A stretch of 63,541 nucleotides of DNA, the filler included, from Folioceros fuciformis (lineage: Eukaryota): NCBI GenBank assembly GCA_049999805.1. It is 8 parts of 8 records of this genome, joined end to end, with 100 filler letters (N's around TTAATTAATTAA, not from the genome) between each part and the next. Parts side by side here need not be neighbours in the genome. Positions count along the whole stretch, not along the records: positions 60,505 to 63,541 come from JBNGIO010003889.1; 7 more parts are not named here. One strand, given 5' to 3'. The notes below the pieces were generated by a model, which worked only from the letters and a program-made list of their open reading frames with translations, searched no databases and was not told where the DNA came from. The position numbers and the translations under genes were made by a program. This document shows, piece by piece, positions 60,505 through 63,541 of this stretch (position 1 is its first letter; every line of letters begins with the position of its first letter).

Positions 60505-61062
60505 AAGATCAGTCACACTAGAGATCATCGAGGCGGACTAAATCCACTCACAACTTCAACTTTGATAAGAGGTAGCGAAGCACTTCGTATTCACCATAGT
60601 TGAATATGCGGTTGCCTGTATGTTTGGGACGCCCTCGCCGTCCTGCAATGCAAGGGTAAACTCAGCTGCTACAGTGAACGGGATGGTGAACGGACGAAAA
60701 AACAATCTCAGCATTCTGCACCAATCCTTGCAAGGCAGTGCACACTAACCATCATGGAAGTAACAATCATTAGCACAATCGAATGAAGGGAGGCCAACCA
60801 TCTCGTCTGCAGCCGCCGCATGTGAGTGGACTATGTCCATGATGACAAACAGGCCCATTCCTGTTTCATCATGAACTCAAAACATGAGAAACGAAACGCT
60901 GAATTGATGTAAACTGGGCTTCAGTAGCAGGCTTGCAAGGAATGCCTAACGAACCATGTCAACCAGATGTTTGAAATCTTCTAGGGTTCCAAAGCGACTA
61001 CTTACAGCGAACATATTCGTAACCTGCTCAGTTGGCAAAATTCTGGACATTAAATGGGTGCG
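60505..61062 (-). pseudogene. Inverted, frameshifted partial copy of a BE1-type starch branching enzyme segment, introns included
   Basis: Reverse complement of 62945-63505, with a 7-nt deletion after KHLVD and a 3-nt insertion. Confidence 0.85.
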
Positions 61063-61249
61063 GGGTGAGAGGTAGTGGGAGAATCGGAAAGCCTTTGCCG
61101 GTTGAGGTTTGCGGGCGTCTCTATCTATGGCGGCTTTGCTGGTGCCGATTAGCGGCTCTGCTTCTGGATCACTCATGGGCTTGAGTATGCCAAGAAGAGA
61201 TTATGCTCGGGATAGGCATGTCAAGGCTTTCAGTGTTAGAGCTTCCTAG

Positions 61250-62123
61250 ATGGACCCTTTGTTGACCCTGTTGAGAACAGAGAAGGACCCCGAGAGGCAA
61301 CAGATACTCATTGATTCAGTCAAGATGCCGCATGAAGAAACCATCCAGGTCTCGAGGGCTAGGGAGCAAGACTTGCAGCAGGTCTCGAGGGCTAGGGAGC
61401 AAGTCTTACAGCAGGCCACAGAAGCTTCGAGGGCTAGGGAGCAAGCCGTGCAGCAGGCCATAGAAGCTTCGAGGGCTAGGGAGCAAGCCGTGCAGCAGGC
61501 CATAGAAGCTTCGAGGGCTNNNNNNNNNNNNNNNNNNNNNNNNNNNNNNNNNNNNNNNNNNNNNNNNNNNNNNNNNNNNNNNNNNNNNNNNNNNNNNNNN
61601 NNNNNNNNNNNNNNNNNNNCAGCAGGCCATAGAAGCTTCGAGGGCTGAGGAGCTGGCTATTTCTGTCTGTGAACGAAGAATTCGGGATCTCGAATTCGAT
61701 CTCTTAACGGCAAAAAGCACCAACAACTTGAGAGGCATTTTCGAGCTCTTTGAAGAACACTTGAAGGGGAAGTATGGAGACACCACGGATAGAGGAACCA
61801 GAACTGGAGACACCAAGGATAGAAGAACCAGAGCTGATTGGTGGCGGTATTTTCTATCCTCAGATGTGAAGTTGTTTCAGTGTATCAAGATCTCTGGAGG
61901 TTGGCAATCCATTGATGATCAAGTTAGAGCCATCGTGGATATGTACAAAATTCTTTCTGCCCATGTTCACGACGATAAATTTCGTGCCCTTTCGCAACTT
62001 GAAAGGCAGAATGGAGCATGGAAGATATCCAGGTTTCCACTAACATTTGCTCAAGCTTCGGCAATAGTTTGCATAGCTGACTCTCTAGGCTATCACTTAG
62101 TGATAGATTCGGATGACTCATAA
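61250..62123 (+). CDS. Intronless hypothetical protein: 14-aa (42-bp) coiled-coil repeats plus an unknown C-terminal domain; spans an N gap
   Basis: EASRAREQAVQQAI repeats lie on both sides of the gap, followed by an open frame NNLRGIFE...MYKILSAHVHDD...DSDDS*. Confidence 0.55.
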
Positions 62124-62517
62124 ATTTCAATGCAACCTTTTTTACTATTAGGATGTGAACTGTGAACTATGGACAAAGAGAAAGTCTGCTGTATTTGTTC
62201 TCCTATATTTGTTTCCAACTTCGGCAAGCGGTGCATACTCGTTTTGGCCATGGTAGCCTTCTCGACAGCTTTCTCGACGTTGAGCGAATGCGCTGCAACC
62301 ACGTGAGCATATCAACCACACCCTGTACTCTGTGACTGATGGTTTCTTCTAATGTTGATGGCATTGGTGTGTGCTGTAAGGAAAATTCTTCTAATGCCTG
62401 TAGCAGCAGATGTAATGACCTGTATATCCGGCAGGTTGAACCTGCTGAGACAAAGGATGTGAATGTGTTCTGCAGGATGGACGATGATGCTAAGTTGATC
62501 CTAACCAATCTATTCAG

Positions 62518-63470
62518 GTGTTGGGAGTAATACATTTAGCGCCTGTATGTGGAATCCACCTCAACAGCGGCACCAATGGCAGCACAAGAGTCCCAAGAGA
62601 CCACAGCCATTACGGATTTATGAATGTCATGTCGGAATAAGTGGAGAAGAACTTGGTGTAACAACGTTCCAACAGTTTACTGCGAAGGCAAGTATGGATT
62701 GAGTCTGGTGGTTCGTTGCCTTTGTTTTGTGCCCTGCTCAGAATGTCTGTAGTATGTAGTTTGCAGTCTGAGAAACCATGTTTTATGACAAATAGGGCTC
62801 TTCCTCATGTCAAGAAGTCTAGGTACAACGCTGTCCAGCTCATGGGTATTCAGGAGCATGTAGACTATGCAAGTGCTGGCTATAAGGTACAACCCTGTTG
62901 TGCTCTTCATGTGCCTCATGTTTGAAGGTTCGTTGAGATTATTCTGCGCCCATTTAATGTGCAGAATTTGCCAACTGGGCAGGTTACGAATATGTTCGTG
63001 GTAAGTAGTCGCTTTGGAACCCCAGAAGATTTCAAACATCTGGTTGACAGTGCCGATGGTTCGTTAGGCATTCCTTGCAAGCCTGCTACTGAAGCCCAGT
63101 TTACATCAAGTCAGCGTTTCGTTTCTCATGTTTTGAGTTCATGATGAAACAGGAATGGGCCTGTTTTTCATCATGGACATAGTCCACTCACATGCGGCTG
63201 CAGACGAGATGGTTGGCCTTTCTTCATTTGATAGTGCTAATGAGTGTTACTTCCATGATGGTTAGTGTGCACTGCCTTGCAAGGATTGGTGAAGAATGCT
63301 GAGGTTGTTTTGTCGTCCGTTCACCATCCCGTTCACTGTAGCAGCTGAGTTCACCCTTGCATTGCAGGACGGCGAGGGCGTCACAAACATACAGGCACCC
63401 GCATATTCAACTATGGTGAATACGAAGTGCTTCGCTACCTCTTATCAAAGTTGAAGTGGTTATTGGATTT
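62518..63470 (+). CDS. Partial 1,4-alpha-glucan branching enzyme (GH13; BE1/SBE3-type), multi-exon; may be a pseudogene; may continue beyond the window
   Basis: Exons PLRIYECHVGISG, YNAVQLMGIQEHVDYASAGYK, VTNMFVVSSRFGTPEDFKHLVD, MDIVHSHAAADEMVGL and GRRGRHKHTGTRIFNYGEYEVLRYLLS. Some conserved residues are altered (AHG>ADG, W>T). Confidence 0.8.
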
Positions 63471-63541
63471 AGTCCGCCTCGATGATCTCTAGTGTGACTG
63501 ATCTTTCTGAATGCTGTGTTTGAATTTGCTCTCAGGCAGTT

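Overview
This is eukaryotic nuclear DNA from a compact land-plant genome: short spliceosomal introns of about 80-170 bp and dense genes, consistent with a bryophyte (e.g. hornwort) or lycophyte. The taxon is an inference. The window is not one contiguous locus. Seven artificial 44N-TTAATTAATTAA-44N linkers join eight scaffold pieces, so adjacency across linkers carries no biological meaning. Apparently intact host genes: a full-size ABCB transporter, a malectin-like LRR receptor kinase, a 5'-truncated DEDDy exonuclease-KH gene, a 2OG-Fe(II) dioxygenase, an LRR-VII receptor kinase, a 4-exon secretory phospholipase A2 with a hydrophobic C-tail, an intronless UAS-UBX gene with a Trp-rich repeat, and an orphan 2-exon gene with repeated DLN motifs. 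The ~19-42.5 kb region is a nest of Ty1/Copia elements, LTRs, a CRE-like LINE fragment and a CCT5 processed pseudogene. The distal part holds a WD40 pseudogene, a decayed sigma70-like gene, and an inverted duplication of a BE1-type branching-enzyme segment around an unknown ORF. The most unusual signal is a Copia family, seen in two diverged copies, with a conserved extra sense ORF upstream of gag, splice-acceptor-like sites, and a conserved antisense ORF downstream of RNase H.
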